This document shows positions 10,328 through 21,665 of a stretch of DNA of 64,000 bases, one piece after another. Positions within the stretch are counted from its first letter, which is position 1. Each line of letters begins with the position of its first letter. Position numbers and translations under genes: made by a program. The notes beneath the pieces were generated by a model, which was given only the letters and a program-made list of their open reading frames with translations, made no database searches and was not told where the DNA came from. Source of the stretch: Candidatus Bathyarchaeota archaeon (GTDB lineage Archaea > Thermoproteota > Bathyarchaeia > 40CM-2-53-6); NCBI GenBank assembly GCA_963706285.1, contig CAVPLU010000009.1:91033-155032 (forward strand). The letters are read 5' to 3'.

Positions 10328-11368
10328 ATGTACGATCTCGAAGAGGCCCGCCTAATCGAGGAGATCAAGAGGCGATCGCCTCGTCGCGTCCTGCTTCAGC
10401 TACCAGAGGGACTGAAACCGCAAGCCGCCAAACTCGCTGAAAGACTTCAGAACGCGAGTGGAGCCGAAGTATTCGTCTCGGGAGACCCATGTTACGGTGC
10501 TTGCGATCTCGCATTGAACCAAATGAAGGAGTTGCACGCGGACCTCTTGATCCATGTTGGCCACGCGGAGATACCAAACGGTGACGCCAGCGATGGCATC
10601 ATCTACGTCGAGGCAAGATCAGATCAGAAGATCGAGAAACCACTCGCTGAGGCTCTCAAACTTCTGAAGGATGAAAAATGTATTGGATTGGCTGCATCGG
10701 TGCAGCATTTGCATTTGCTCAAGCAGGCAAAGGAGTCGCTTGAACATGCAGGGAAGGTTGTGCTCATAGGCAAAGCATCGGGAAGGCTCAGACACGAAGG
10801 CCAAATCTTGGGATGCGACTACGGAAGTGTCCTATCCATAGCGAGCAAGGTTGAAGCGTTTCTCGTGATCGTAGCAGGAGATTTCCACGCTCTCGGCGTA
10901 TCACTTTCTACAGGCAAGAGAACGATTGTGGCCGACCCATACCAGCAGACGGCACGAGACATTACCGGCCTCGTCGGGAAGATTCTGCGACAGCGATACG
11001 CAACGATCTTGAAGTTCAAGGAGGCAAAGAGGATCGGGATTATTGTGGGGCTCAAGAGCGGCCAGATCAATCTGGTTGTCGCTAGGAGGTTGAAGACACT
11101 CCTAGAACAGAATGGGAAGCAGTGCACGCTGATCGCTTCCTCGGAATTCATTCCGGAATCAATGGAATCGTTCACAGATCTGGATGGGCTCGTGGAAACC
11201 GCCTGTCCAAGAGTTGCGATCGATGACCGAAGTCGCTATCACAAACCTCTGGTCAATTCGGAAGAGGCACTGATCGCGATCGACAAGAAAGGCTGGGAAG
11301 AGTACGGCAAGCATACCGAAGAAACATGGGATCGAACGCCTGCTACAACAGATGAGGCCCAATCCTAG
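10328..11368 (+). CDS. dph2: Diphthamide biosynthesis enzyme Dph2
   Basis: LQLPEGLK and the three Fe-S Cys in CYGACD, ILGCD and ACPR. Confidence 0.95.
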   Translation: MYDLEEARLIEEIKRRSPRRVLLQLPEGLKPQAAKLAERLQNASGAEVFVSGDPCYGACDLALNQMKELHADLLIHVGHAEIPNGDASDGIIYVEARSDQKIEKPLAEALKLLKDEKCIGLAASVQHLHLLKQAKESLEHAGKVVLIGKASGRLRHEGQILGCDYGSVLSIASKVEAFLVIVAGDFHALGVSLSTGKRTIVADPYQQTARDITGLVGKILRQRYATILKFKEAKRIGIIVGLKSGQINLVVARRLKTLLEQNGKQCTLIASSEFIPESMESFTDLDGLVETACPRVAIDDRSRYHKPLVNSEEALIAIDKKGWEEYGKHTEETWDRTPATTDEAQS

Positions 11369-11930
11369 CCCTAGGATACGGCTTGAGCAGTATACGATTC
11401 CTGCAAACATTGCAGCAGACATTCTCTTCCTTGCCACCGCCGTGTACCAAGACATTGCGGGCAAGTGCGTGGTCGATCTTGGAACGGGTACCGGCAGACT
11501 CGCGATAGGTGCAGCCCATATGGGAGCGAGTCGTGTAGCCGCGATAGACATTGATCCTGAAGCGATCAGAGTTGCACGCGAGAACTCTCGGGTCGCAATG
11601 ATCGAAGTGGATTGGATAGTCGGCGATCTGAATGCAATTCGCGGAATTTTCGATACGGTTATAATGAATCCGCCATTCGGAACGAAGCTGAAACATGTTG
11701 ACAAAGTTTTCTTGAGCAAAGCCATCCAGATTGGACGCGTTGTCTACTCGATCCACAAGTCAGCCACCCGAGAGCATATCCTACAATACTTGAAGCGGCT
11801 CGGATGCAGAGTGGACGCGATTCACGAATACACGTTGGATATTCCAAGGATGTTCGAACATCACAAGAAAACGAAGCATCCTGTCAGGGTTGACTGCTAC
11901 AGGGTAGAGACCGGAAGAGGCCCACAATAA
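11352..11930 (+). CDS. METTL5-family SAM-dependent methyltransferase (homology appears to extend to ~11304)
   Basis: LEQY, DLGTGTG, MNPPFG, VYSIHK, FEHH motifs. Confidence 0.9.
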   Translation: MRPNPSPRIRLEQYTIPANIAADILFLATAVYQDIAGKCVVDLGTGTGRLAIGAAHMGASRVAAIDIDPEAIRVARENSRVAMIEVDWIVGDLNAIRGIFDTVIMNPPFGTKLKHVDKVFLSKAIQIGRVVYSIHKSATREHILQYLKRLGCRVDAIHEYTLDIPRMFEHHKKTKHPVRVDCYRVETGRGPQ

Positions 11931-12044
11931 CCAGCGCGAGCAAAAATTGTCCCTGCTTATATACGGCCGTTCTCATTATGAAAGAAAGCTTCGGTCGAGC
12001 TACCCTCTCCAAAGTTCCATGAAACAAGTAAGGTTCAATCAGAA

Positions 12045-12620
12045 ATGCCTGCAAGAGATTTCCGTAAGCCACAGCTCGTCGTTCCCGGAGAGGATCTATG
12101 TGTTGCCGAGGAATTCTCACCAGGTCCCGGTACATACGAAAGTGGTGGCGTAGTCTATTCGGACCTTATTGGTGAGAGAGTGGCGGATCTCAAAGAAAGA
12201 AAAGTGAAGGTTGTCGCGAAAGCCCGGACTCCAACAATGCCTACGGATGGATCAACGGTGATCGGTCAAGTCGCAAGCGCTCATGAAAAGTCGGCCATAA
12301 TCAGCATATACAAGGTAGACGCGAAAGCCGTCGGAAGACCGTTCACAGGTATCCTCCACATCTCATCGTCAAGCCCCAGGTACGAGCGAAACATGAATGA
12401 CGTCTGCAAGACAGGCGACCTAGTCAAAGCCAGAGTGTTCAATGACAAGAGCAGGATCCCAGAACTTACCACAGCCGGGAGAGGACTTGGGGTGATCCGA
12501 GCGTATTGTTCCAGGTGCGGGGGCCTGCTTGTCATAACAAACCGTAAGTTGCAGTGTGGTCTATGCGGAAATGTCGAGCACAGACGCTTGGCCGATGAAT
12601 TCGAGGTAGTATCGAGGTAG
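12045..12620 (+). CDS. csl4: Exosome subunit Csl4
   Basis: VVPGE-x-L...EEF, S1 domain GILHIS, LGVI-x-A-x-CS-x-CG...C-x-x-CG-x-x-E-x-R zinc ribbon. Confidence 0.93.
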   Translation: MPARDFRKPQLVVPGEDLCVAEEFSPGPGTYESGGVVYSDLIGERVADLKERKVKVVAKARTPTMPTDGSTVIGQVASAHEKSAIISIYKVDAKAVGRPFTGILHISSSSPRYERNMNDVCKTGDLVKARVFNDKSRIPELTTAGRGLGVIRAYCSRCGGLLVITNRKLQCGLCGNVEHRRLADEFEVVSR

Positions 12621-12625
12621 TACTG

Positions 12626-12910
12626 TTGAATCTCAAGGTTCTAACGAAATCGAAGAACGAGTTGAAATTGGAGCTTCAGGGGGAGGGGCACACTTTCTGC
12701 AATTTGCTCCAGTGGGTATTACTCCAGGACAAGACCGTTGAGATGGCAGGATACGACGTTCCACATCCTCTGCTTCCGAGCGCAATTCTGTACATTCGGA
12801 CGAAAAGGGAGTCGTCTCCCGAGAAAGCACTCACGCGAGCCCTAGCAAAGGTAGGCGAGATGAGCAACGAGTTCTTGGAAAAGCTCGACAAAGCCGTCGT
12901 TCCAAGCTGA
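12626..12910 (+). CDS. rpoL: RNA polymerase subunit L (Rpo11)
   Basis: GEGHTFCNLL, AGYDVPHPL. Confidence 0.95.
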   Translation: MNLKVLTKSKNELKLELQGEGHTFCNLLQWVLLQDKTVEMAGYDVPHPLLPSAILYIRTKRESSPEKALTRALAKVGEMSNEFLEKLDKAVVPS

Positions 12911-12926
12911 TTCAGATACACCACAG

Positions 12927-13292
12927 CTGAAATCTGTTCTTGCTGATTCGAAACTGGCCAAACTTGGAGACGCATACATAAATTTCGTCTTCTCGTTGGG
13001 TAGATCGAGAATCCTTGGAGAACCTCAGGGCATCAAAGTGAGCGATAGGATGCTTGCGGAAGCTCTCAGAAGATCAGGACTGAGACAAGAGCTACCGCAT
13101 CGTACGACCCGTCAGGACTGCGCGAACGCAGTTGAAGCGCTCCTCGTTTACGGGTACCTGAACAATCTGGTTTCGCTAGAGGATTCAGTTGAACAAATAG
13201 CTTCTGCGCCGGATTCGCCCATCGACGGCTTAGTTCAACTGATAAAGACGGTAGCGAACAAGATTGAAGAGCGGAAGTCAAACACCGCATGA
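12927..13292 (+). CDS. Archaeal ribonuclease III-like protein (Ribonucleas_3_2-type); start uncertain
   Basis: In-frame LAKLGDAYINFVFSL upstream of the listed ORF, then LAEALRRSGLR...ANAVEAL. Confidence 0.8.
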   Translation: MKSVLADSKLAKLGDAYINFVFSLGRSRILGEPQGIKVSDRMLAEALRRSGLRQELPHRTTRQDCANAVEALLVYGYLNNLVSLEDSVEQIASAPDSPIDGLVQLIKTVANKIEERKSNTA

Positions 13293-13861
13293 TCAAGAAA
13301 GAGATACGCGTTCTTGGAGTAGCTTGCGTTTCGCCTCACCAAAATGATGCGACTTCCACCCAAATTGTGGGCGTGGTGTACAGAGGAAACCGTTGGCTCG
13401 AAGGCGTGATGCGAGCCATCATACCACGACAAGTGATGAATCTCACTCGCAGGATCATTGAGATTACTGTTAAATCTCCTCATTATCCCCAGCTCAGAGT
13501 CATCGTATTGGACGAGCTGATCGCCAAATCCGGGCGGTACATCGACATTCGCGCCCTCAACAAAAAAACGAGACTTCCAGTGGTTGCTGCCCTGCGTCAG
13601 AAGATACCCATCAAGCGTCTGCAAGAGAGTCGAATGGTGCACAGACGCGTGGTCAGAATATTTTCTGACCTGCCCTATGTGAAGTTTAGACGCGCAGGAA
13701 AGACGTTCTTCGTTTACTTCGCCGGGTTGAGCGAGGTCGATCTCAATGAGCTTCTCAAAGTCTGTGCTTCTAGGGAAGGCGTTCCAGAAGCGGCTAGGGT
13801 TGCTAGGATCACGTGTTCCTCCCTTGAAGCTACTATCCGGGCGCGAGCCTCAAAGAGATGA
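13289..13861 (+). CDS. DUF99 / endonuclease V-like (endonuclease dU) family protein
   Basis: IKKEIRVLG, VGVVYRG-x-x-WLEG, HY-x-QLRVIVLD, LPV, PE-x-x-RVA. Confidence 0.75.
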   Translation: MIKKEIRVLGVACVSPHQNDATSTQIVGVVYRGNRWLEGVMRAIIPRQVMNLTRRIIEITVKSPHYPQLRVIVLDELIAKSGRYIDIRALNKKTRLPVVAALRQKIPIKRLQESRMVHRRVVRIFSDLPYVKFRRAGKTFFVYFAGLSEVDLNELLKVCASREGVPEAARVARITCSSLEATIRARASKR

Positions 13862-13942
13862 TCTTAACCTGCCCGCTATCCACGTCTTCTTCTGAATGTT
13901 TTAATAGAGATAGTGAGCCTCTCGGTGGCGGATCGGCGAAAA

Positions 13943-14266
13943 TTGAGATTCTGTCCAAAATGCGGATCAAGGCTTGTACCCGTAAAGAAGGCCAAGTCGA
14001 TCGTCTTGAGCTGCCCAGGTTGCGAATACGAGACCAGAAAACCCGAAAGAAGCATTCAGCCGGTGAAACCCGAGAAGGAGAACATTATCGTCATCGGCAG
14101 AGAAGAGCAGAAGATCAGGACCCTGCCCAAGATGAAAGTCGAATGCCCCAAGTGCGGCCACATGGAAGCCTTCTACTGGCTCGTGCAAACTCGAGGCGCG
14201 GACGAGTCGTCAACTCAGTTCTTCCGATGCGCAAGCTGCGGAGCCACCTGGCGAGAGACTTCATAG
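13943..14266 (+). CDS. tfs: Transcription factor S (TFS)
   Basis: FCPKCG N-terminal ribbon; CPKCG...QTRGADES-x-T-x-FF-x-C-x-x-C with the catalytic DE dipeptide. Confidence 0.93.
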   Translation: MRFCPKCGSRLVPVKKAKSIVLSCPGCEYETRKPERSIQPVKPEKENIIVIGREEQKIRTLPKMKVECPKCGHMEAFYWLVQTRGADESSTQFFRCASCGATWRETS

Positions 14267-14404
14267 AACCGTGACTCCACTCAACGAAGATTAGGCCATC
14301 CGATCGTTGGTAAAGCCTCCGGCCCCTTGATGCTTAATAACTTAACAGAAACCGAGTGTTAAGCATAAATTACCACCAACGCACGTTAGGGCAGGGAACG
14401 CAAA

Positions 14405-15160
14405 GTGTTCAAAGCATCCGTAAGTGACGCGAAACTCTGGAAGAACCTCCTTGCCGCCATATCGACCCTGATCGAAGAAGCAGACTTCAACGCTACTCCC
14501 GACGGAATCAAACTGAGATCAATGGATCCTTCTCATGTGGCAATGGTTGATTTTGAATGGCAGAAGACTGCCTTTGAGGAATACATTTGCCAAGAACCAA
14601 CCAAGATACGCGTTAACATAGCGTCAATGTTGAAACTGCTGAAACGTGTCGGCAGCGATGAGATTCTGGAGATGCTCTATGATGAGAAAACGCGGAAGCT
14701 GAATCTGACGCTTAAGGGAAAGATGATGCGCAAGTTCACGATACCTACGCTTGATCCTGCGCAAGAAGAGGTGCCGACTCCTAAGATCACGTTCAACTCC
14801 AAGGTCAAATTGACAACTTCGACATTCAGGGACATTATTGACGATGTGCAGGCCGTAAGCGACAATGTTAGACTCGAAACCACGCCCGAGAAGTTGATTG
14901 CTGCCGCAACAACTGAGCTCAGTAGCGCTGTCATCGAACTTGAGAAGGCCAGCGATATGCTGATTGAACTCGACGTGAGAGAGCCTTCGAAGGCGACTTT
15001 CAATCTGAACTATCTCTCTGAGATAACGAAGGCTGGGGCCTCGACTTCTGAGATTGTCACGGTCGAGTTCTCTAGTAATATGCCAGTCAGGCTGGAGTTC
15101 GATATACCCCAACAGGGTCGGCTCTCGTACTATCTAGCTCCCAGGATTGAGGCTGAATAG
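14405..15160 (+). CDS. pcn: Proliferating cell nuclear antigen (sliding clamp)
   Basis: MDPSHVAMV, YYLAPRIE. Confidence 0.97.
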   Translation: MFKASVSDAKLWKNLLAAISTLIEEADFNATPDGIKLRSMDPSHVAMVDFEWQKTAFEEYICQEPTKIRVNIASMLKLLKRVGSDEILEMLYDEKTRKLNLTLKGKMMRKFTIPTLDPAQEEVPTPKITFNSKVKLTTSTFRDIIDDVQAVSDNVRLETTPEKLIAAATTELSSAVIELEKASDMLIELDVREPSKATFNLNYLSEITKAGASTSEIVTVEFSSNMPVRLEFDIPQQGRLSYYLAPRIEAE

Positions 15161-15163
15161 GGT

Positions 15164-15370
15164 TCAGGCGCGTTTTCGGTCCTTGGATTGCGTGTGGAGC
15201 TTTCCACATTTTGGGCAGATCGTATCATTTTGGGATATAATCGCACCGCAGAACCTGCACTTATTCCACTTCACTAACCTTCGTGCAACGTCCTCAACCG
15301 TCTTAGATGATCTCAATAGATCATCCGGTCCAGGCATTCGCCGGTCGGCTCCTGTGTCCTCTATGGACAT
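15164..15370 (-). CDS. Small zinc-ribbon protein
   Basis: CRFCG...CPKCG; fills the gap between pcn and priL. Confidence 0.5.
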   Translation of the reverse strand: MSIEDTGADRRMPGPDDLLRSSKTVEDVARRLVKWNKCRFCGAIISQNDTICPKCGKLHTQSKDRKRA

Positions 15371-15552
15371 AACCCACAGAATAGCGTCTATAAGCTCGTT
15401 GTGTGACTAACGGGGTCAGCTTGGCGACCACAACGACCCGAGAGAGTGCGGAAACGGACAATCTGGACTGGCGGAATGCAAGCGCAATCATCGCACCATG
15501 CTATCTGGAGGCGAGTTGCCGAGCGAGCTGGTGGGCCCACTTAGTCGCGGTC

Positions 15553-16622
15553 TTGACGAAGCTGGATTATGCGAAGTATCCATTCACTAACGAGGCTGCC
15601 GAATACGCCAAGAACCTAAACATTGACCTAAGCGACCTTGCCAGTGGAGAGTTCTCTGTCATACTAGATCTAGCGGAGAAGAGAATCGTTGACGCTCTAA
15701 CGGTTGGAAGGATCGATCCGGAACCCCAAGGCGAACCCGAAATACTGGCATATCCGGCTGCGCTGATGTTGATCGCGCTGGCAGGCGACGAAAGGCTCGT
15801 AGGAGATATGCTCTGGGCGAATCAAAGCGAGCCTACGAGTTGCTTAGACAAGAGTCGCCAGATCTACTGCTACAGATCGCTGAACACACATTTGCCTGGA
15901 ACGCTAAAATCACAGACAAAGAAATCGGCGAAACCCTCTATGAATTTGGACTGTCCTATCCTGACTACCTAAGGAATGCAGTAAAGATACGCGATCCTGA
16001 TTGGAAACTCACTAACAGGGTATTGGCGCAGGGATACGTCTACTGCGACAAAGACGAATTTGCGAGGCTGCTCAAAGAAGAAGTTGAAGCCAGAGTTCTC
16101 TCAAGAATCTCAGGCTACCACGGCACCGCCCCTGATGCTATCGCCCCACGAGTTGAAACAATCAAGAAACTTGTGCTTGCTAGAACACAATTGTACGGAA
16201 TTGAAGAAGCTCCAAAGGCTATTTTGGCTGCTGCGATGCCTCCATGCATGAAGGCTCTTCTCTCAAGCCTCAGTAGCGGAAAACACATCTCACACATTGG
16301 GAGGTTCGCGATCACGGCGTTCCTGAGCAACATTGGAGTCACCGATGAGGATATCCTCAAGATGTTTCACACGCAGAGTGATTTTAGCGAGCGGATAGCA
16401 AGATATCAGGTCCAACACATATCAGGAGCCAGAGGCGGCAAGAAGAAATACACTGCTGCCAGCTGCAAGACGATGAAAACGTGGGGTCTGTGCGTTAATC
16501 AAGATGAGATTTGTGCTACGATATCACATCCTCTCTCATACTACAGAAAGAAAGCAAGAATGATGTCAGCGACATCACGGAGACAAAGATCGGCAGAGGC
16601 GCCGAGGCCGGTTATCTCATAG
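15553..16622 (+). CDS. priL: DNA primase large subunit (one indel near 15800)
   Basis: AKYPF, W-x-L-x-NR, PPCM, YQV-x-HI-x-G, SC-x-TM-x-T-x-GLC...C...HPL-x-YY Fe-S domain. Confidence 0.92.
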
Positions 16623-16676
16623 GGCCTAGCAAGCAGTACTTGACCTAGCTTTCACAATGATTAGTGATCACATTTG

Positions 16677-19111
16677 ATGCGAAACTCACTCAGTGCAGTC
16701 TTATTGGTTCTGATTCTGCTATTCCCCGTTGCGTACTTCACTCTTAATGATGAAGCCAATCTCGCGGTCTCGAAGTCGATTGATCCATTCCTGTTCTTGG
16801 TGGACATTCAGCGAGCAGCACGAATGCGGGAATGGTCAAGGCGCTAGTCACTTCACCTTATCCATTGACGTCGTCTCAACGAACGACGCTTGGTTCACTT
16901 GGTGTGATCACAGGGTCGATGGGAAGAGTGACAACCGTTCAATTGCCCTTGACCGCCGTTGAAGAAGTTGCAGAGCTTGATTTCGTTTCTGGGCTGTTCG
17001 CTCCGAGGAGCTATCGTCCCACACTCGATTTAAGCGCACCCGACCTCGGCGCTACCTACGTTTGGCAAAACGTTACAGATACGCACGGAAAACCAATTGA
17101 TGGATCTGGAGTCCTAGTTGGCATAATCGATACGGGAGTGGATTTGTCTCATCCAGATCTCAAGTTTCCGAACGGAACATCTAAGGTTGTATACCTGTGG
17201 GATCAAACGGCATCAGGGAAGCCGCCGGCAGGCTTCACGTACGGTGTCGAATGCTCATCGAGTGAGATCAACAATGGAAAATGCACAGAAAGAGACACAT
17301 TCGGCCATGGCACACACGTAGCATCAATAGTCGCAAGCTCGGGCAATGCATCAGGCAAGTATCGCGGGATCGCTCCTGGCGCCTCTCTCATAGTTGTGAA
17401 GAGCGGGTCTCCAATATGCGAGGGCGAAAGTTGGACCTTTGAAGACAATGCCATCCTAGACGGTCTGCAGTATCTTGTGGACAGGGCTCGTGCGCTCGGG
17501 CAAAAGCTCGTGATCAACTTGAGTCTTGGAGGGAACATCGGTGGTCATGACGATACAAGTCCTTTCGAACTCATTCTTAACGATCTTAGTGCACAGGGGG
17601 TCGTTGTGATCGTTGCGGCTGGAAACGAGGCGAACACTAACATTCATGCCACAGGCTCCCTGGGCCGCAACAATTCCTCGCTTGTTGGTTGGGCCCCCTC
17701 CGACCAAACTCATAGCGCGGTCGTTGACGTGTGGTATCAAGAGTGATAGAACCATTTCAGCAACTCTCGTTACGCCTTCCGGGGAAAGCGTATCAGGGCC
17801 AACAAGATCCAGTGGAACAAAGACCGCGGATGGTTTGGTCAGCATCGTTTCAGCAACGACAGCCAAGGGAAAGGAGCTCGACGGTCTCAGTTGACGCTAA
17901 TGGCACTCTGCGAACATCTAGGTGGAACTTGATACTGAAGGCAATAGATAGCGGCCCAGACCTGAACTGGGATGCTTGGGTGGACAGCGATAGTTGCTCC
18001 TACCCAGCCGCGTCTTTTCTGACCGGTGATGATTACAGGATCGACGTGAGTGGAACGGTGACGGTTCCCGGCACCGCAAGCGGCGTGATTACGGTTGGAG
18101 CCTACGTTAGCAAGAACTCTTGGACAGACGTCTCGGGAAAAGAGGTCTTCGCCCAGGGTTATCGTGTCGGCGAGGCCACGGATTTCACTTCAAGAGGCCC
18201 AACAAGGGATGGACGCACAAAGCCTGACGTATCTGCTCCTGGACTATTCATCGCTGCGGCCCGCTCGTCGGATGTTTCTCCTGGTGATAACGATCCTGAT
18301 CGGTATCATCGCGTTCTTGCTGGGACGAGTATGGCGGCTCCTCACGTTGCAGGCGTGGCTGCGTTGATGCTTCAGTACAAACCCCAGATGACACCGAGGG
18401 AAATCAGATCTGCTATGGTTGAGGGAACGACCCTTGATGACTTCACGGGTTTCATCGATCCGTCAAGAGGATCAAACGAATGGGGGTGGGGAAAGGTCGA
18501 CGCGAGAACCGTAACCTCGCTCTTCAGAGTATCCTCTACGATAGAATCGCTCCCTCCAACGTTTGCTGTTGACTTGGTCGTCGACGGGCAGCATCACGAA
18601 CCCATCCACGGAGGGGAGGCTATCACCATGCGGTTCTTGTCCGGCACCACTCACTCGTTTGTTGTGGCAGACGAAGCGTTCACAGCAAACTCGACTCGAT
18701 ACTTCGTCAGTCAATATGCTGCTGCTTTCTCCGCCAATGGTGTCTTCACACCGAATGCGAGAGTTCAGTATCTGCTCTCGCTAGAGTCCCCAGTCGGAGC
18801 GACCGAGGGTGGCGGATGGTACGACGCAGGTAGCTACGCCAACTTCACCGTCAGGTTACCCGAGTTTTTGAAAGGCCTTGAGTCAACTTGTAGGGGTAGA
18901 TTTTTCCTTTGACCATTGGGTTGACGAGCATGGTAACAGAGTATTGTCGGACTCTCTACGAATGGATTCACCTCACACGCTCAGAGCCTCTTGGGGTGTT
19001 CGCGTTGCAGATTGGCGGCCGCTCCTTGCCTTGGTCACACTGATTCTTGTCTTGGCGTTAGTTCTCGAATCAAGACGAAGAAGACTGCAAAAAGGACAAC
19101 AACGCGGTTGA
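16677..19111 (+). CDS. Secreted, membrane-anchored subtilase (S8, CspA-like with inserted domain); about four indels
   Basis: Signal peptide MRNSLSAVLLVLILL; catalytic GIIDTG, HGTHV and GTSMAAPHV; oxyanion AAGN; C-terminal TM followed by RRRR. Confidence 0.85.
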
Positions 19112-19200
19112 TGATGATTTGACGTTCGGTAGAACGAGACCCGACGAGGCAAGAACACATTTGTCTTCGCGTTGATAGTGAGGCTGCAAGGATAAGGGGA

Positions 19201-20467
19201 ATGCGAGACGGCCTCAACCAGCGCTCGGGACATAGATCGGATCAGTTTCATCAAGAAGGCCTTCTTGCATTACTACAACCAGCGAAGTAACAGGGTCGCT
19301 CTGCCTCCGGACTTTCGATCTAGAGAATTCGCATTTCTCGCATTTGGCGAGAAATTCATGACGCGGCACAAAGCAATTGGATCGCAAGAAGAACTAGCCA
19401 ATACGATTCGGATGCTAGTCCCATCGGACGTCTACTATTCAACAGCCTACTACTCGAAACCTGCGGAACAGATGGAGCGCAAAGGGTGGCTCGGATCCGA
19501 TCTCGTTTTCGATGTTGACGCCGACCACATAATGACTTCATGCAAAGCAAATCATGACAAGTGGCGCTGCATCAATTGCGGATTCTCAAAACAAGGAAAG
19601 TCTCCTGCTCAATGCCCTAACTGTGGGCAAGCAAAGTTCGAAGAGCGTACTTGGCTATGTGATGACTGTCTCAAAGCGGCGAAAAATGAAGTCTTCAAAC
19701 TCGCTGACTTCCTGGCAAACGATTTTGGAATATCCGAACAAGCGATGCACACATTCTTTTCCGGTCACAGAGGCTATCATCTCCATGTGAGAACAGAAGA
19801 GGTTCGCAAATTGGATGAGTCGCAGAGAAAGGAGATAGTTGACTACGTTCTGGGTTTGGGATTGGATGTTTTCTTTCAGGGACTCTACAAGAAGCCCCAG
19901 GATGTGATCGTAGGACCGCAACGAGACGACCCAGGATGGCGTGGTCGCTTCGCCCGAGAGATCTACCGACTCATCATGCAAGGAACCGAGGAAGAACTGG
20001 TGGACTTGGGTTTCTCGACTCGTCGAGCGCGATTGATCATGCAAGAAAGACCAGAGAGAGAAGAGCGTTGGCAGAAAGAGATTCTGTGGAGCGAGTTCGA
20101 AGATAGGTTCCACGTCAAGGACACAACTTGGCGTACGATATTTGAGCGGGCAATCTCAAAAGGCGCCCTACCTGCAGAGATCGACACCGTAGTAACCACG
20201 GATATTCACAGATTGATACGTCTGCCCGAGACGCTCAACGGAAAGACAGGCCTTCGAGCAATGGCCGTTTCAAACTTGAACACCTTTGATCCATTTGTTG
20301 ATCCAATAGCTTTTGAAGGAGAAGAGACAGTTCGAGTCAGCGACGCACCAGCTTTCAGAATGGGGAATACGAATTATGGGCCATACGTCAATGAGGAAGT
20401 GACGCTACCCGCTGCAGCTGCGATGCTACTACTCTGCAAAGGTGTGGGTGGTCCAATACAGAAATGA
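19201..20467 (+). CDS. priS: DNA primase small subunit with Zn-finger insertion (start ATG 19201 needs one indel; otherwise TTG 19265)
   Basis: REF, YYS, LVFDVD, FSGHRGYHL, ID-x-x-VT-x-DIHRLIRLP-x-TL-x-GKTG. Confidence 0.93.
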
Positions 20468-21061
20468 ACCGTGAGGAACTCTACCGAATCTGGAAAGCCG
20501 AGAAGAGCGAGATAGCGCTCAAAAAGCTCGACCCATCTTTCTACGCAGAGGTCAGGAAGCTGCTGAACGATTGCATGGCCGCTTCAGCAGCAACCGGCCA
20601 AGACCGAACTCAGAAGGCAATCACCGAGAAGGAGCTCATGGTACTGCGACGGCTGAGCACCGAGATCGCCAGTGACGCGGATGAAGAAGATTATTGACGC
20701 AGCACTTGCCGGACTCAACGTTGGAAGTGAAGTGCTTGCCCAAGAAGAAGGAGAATTTACGAGGATAATTGCAGCGCATATAGGGGACTACAGATCGTTT
20801 CATCGACGAATTAGGACTAGGCAGTTTGTCTTCCGTGGAAAAAGCTCCGGAGCAAGCCAGCTGAGATCCGAGTTAGAGGTCGTGCGATTCCTCTCAGACT
20901 TTCCAGCAATAATAGGAGTGGACCTGAGAACCTATGGCCCCTTCAAATCCGAGGATATCGCCACATTGCCAGCTGAGAATGCTTCTGCGCTCATCAGCCA
21001 AGGGGTCGTGAGGCAGGTTCGTTTCTCCGAAGGGATAGCATCCGCTCCGCAATCTGCATGA
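20464..21061 (+). CDS. GINS complex subunit (Gins15/51-like; indel near 20670)
   Basis: W-x-x-E...L-x-x-L-x-x-x-FY, R-x-x-KI, VRFL-x-D-x-PAIIGVDL-x-x-YGPF-x-x-ED-x-A-x-LP-x-x-NA; follows priS. Confidence 0.85.
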
Positions 21062-21102
21062 ATTTTCGGGACTGAAAATAGTCTATTTGGGGCTAGATAC
21101 GT

Positions 21103-21540
21103 CTAGCGTCTAGGCTTCTCTTTCTTGCCTTTGAGCAGAGCGTCGAGAGAAACGCCGTTGCACGCGTATACTTTGAATCGGATTCCCGGAATGTCTCCCA
21201 TGCTCTTACCTTCGGCGCCACCTATGCCTTCTATCAGAACCTCGTCGTGCTCATCAATGAAGTTCATGGCACCGTCGCCAGGCAGGAACGCAGTAAGGAC
21301 CTTCCCGTTCTTTATCAACTGAACTCGAACACACTTGCGCACAGCGCTATTTGGCTGACGACATTCGACGCCAACTTTCTCAAGAACTATGCCGCGGCCC
21401 TGCGGGGCTCCCTGAAGAGGGTCTGCTTTGTAATCCAGCCCAAGCATACGACGTTTGTAAGGCGGATAATGCCATCGGAACCGCTTGTGCCTACGTTTCA
21501 ACTTGCGTGCTCCCAGTAGGCCCCGTGATGATTTGCCCAT
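21103..21540 (-). CDS. rps12: 30S ribosomal protein S12 (uS12)
   Basis: [14 protein letters not shown]-x-KNGK, GDIPG. Confidence 0.97.
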   Translation of the reverse strand: MGKSSRGLLGARKLKRRHKRFRWHYPPYKRRMLGLDYKADPLQGAPQGRGIVLEKVGVECRQPNSAVRKCVRVQLIKNGKVLTAFLPGDGAMNFIDEHDEVLIEGIGGAEGKSMGDIPGIRFKVYACNGVSLDALLKGKKEKPRR

Positions 21541-21665
21541 TATGACACCCGTATCCTGAAACTCCTCGTGCTAGACTTTGACCCGCCTTATATGTTGTGC
21601 GTAATTCGCGGCACGAATACGGAAGGCTTGAAAGCAATGTTTCGTGAACATCATTCGAGTCACCC

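Noticed and set aside
12900-12930. RpoL-RNase III fusion through +1 frameshift at AGC-TGA-T
   Set aside because: RpoL is already full length; a near-cognate start or an indel is a simpler explanation
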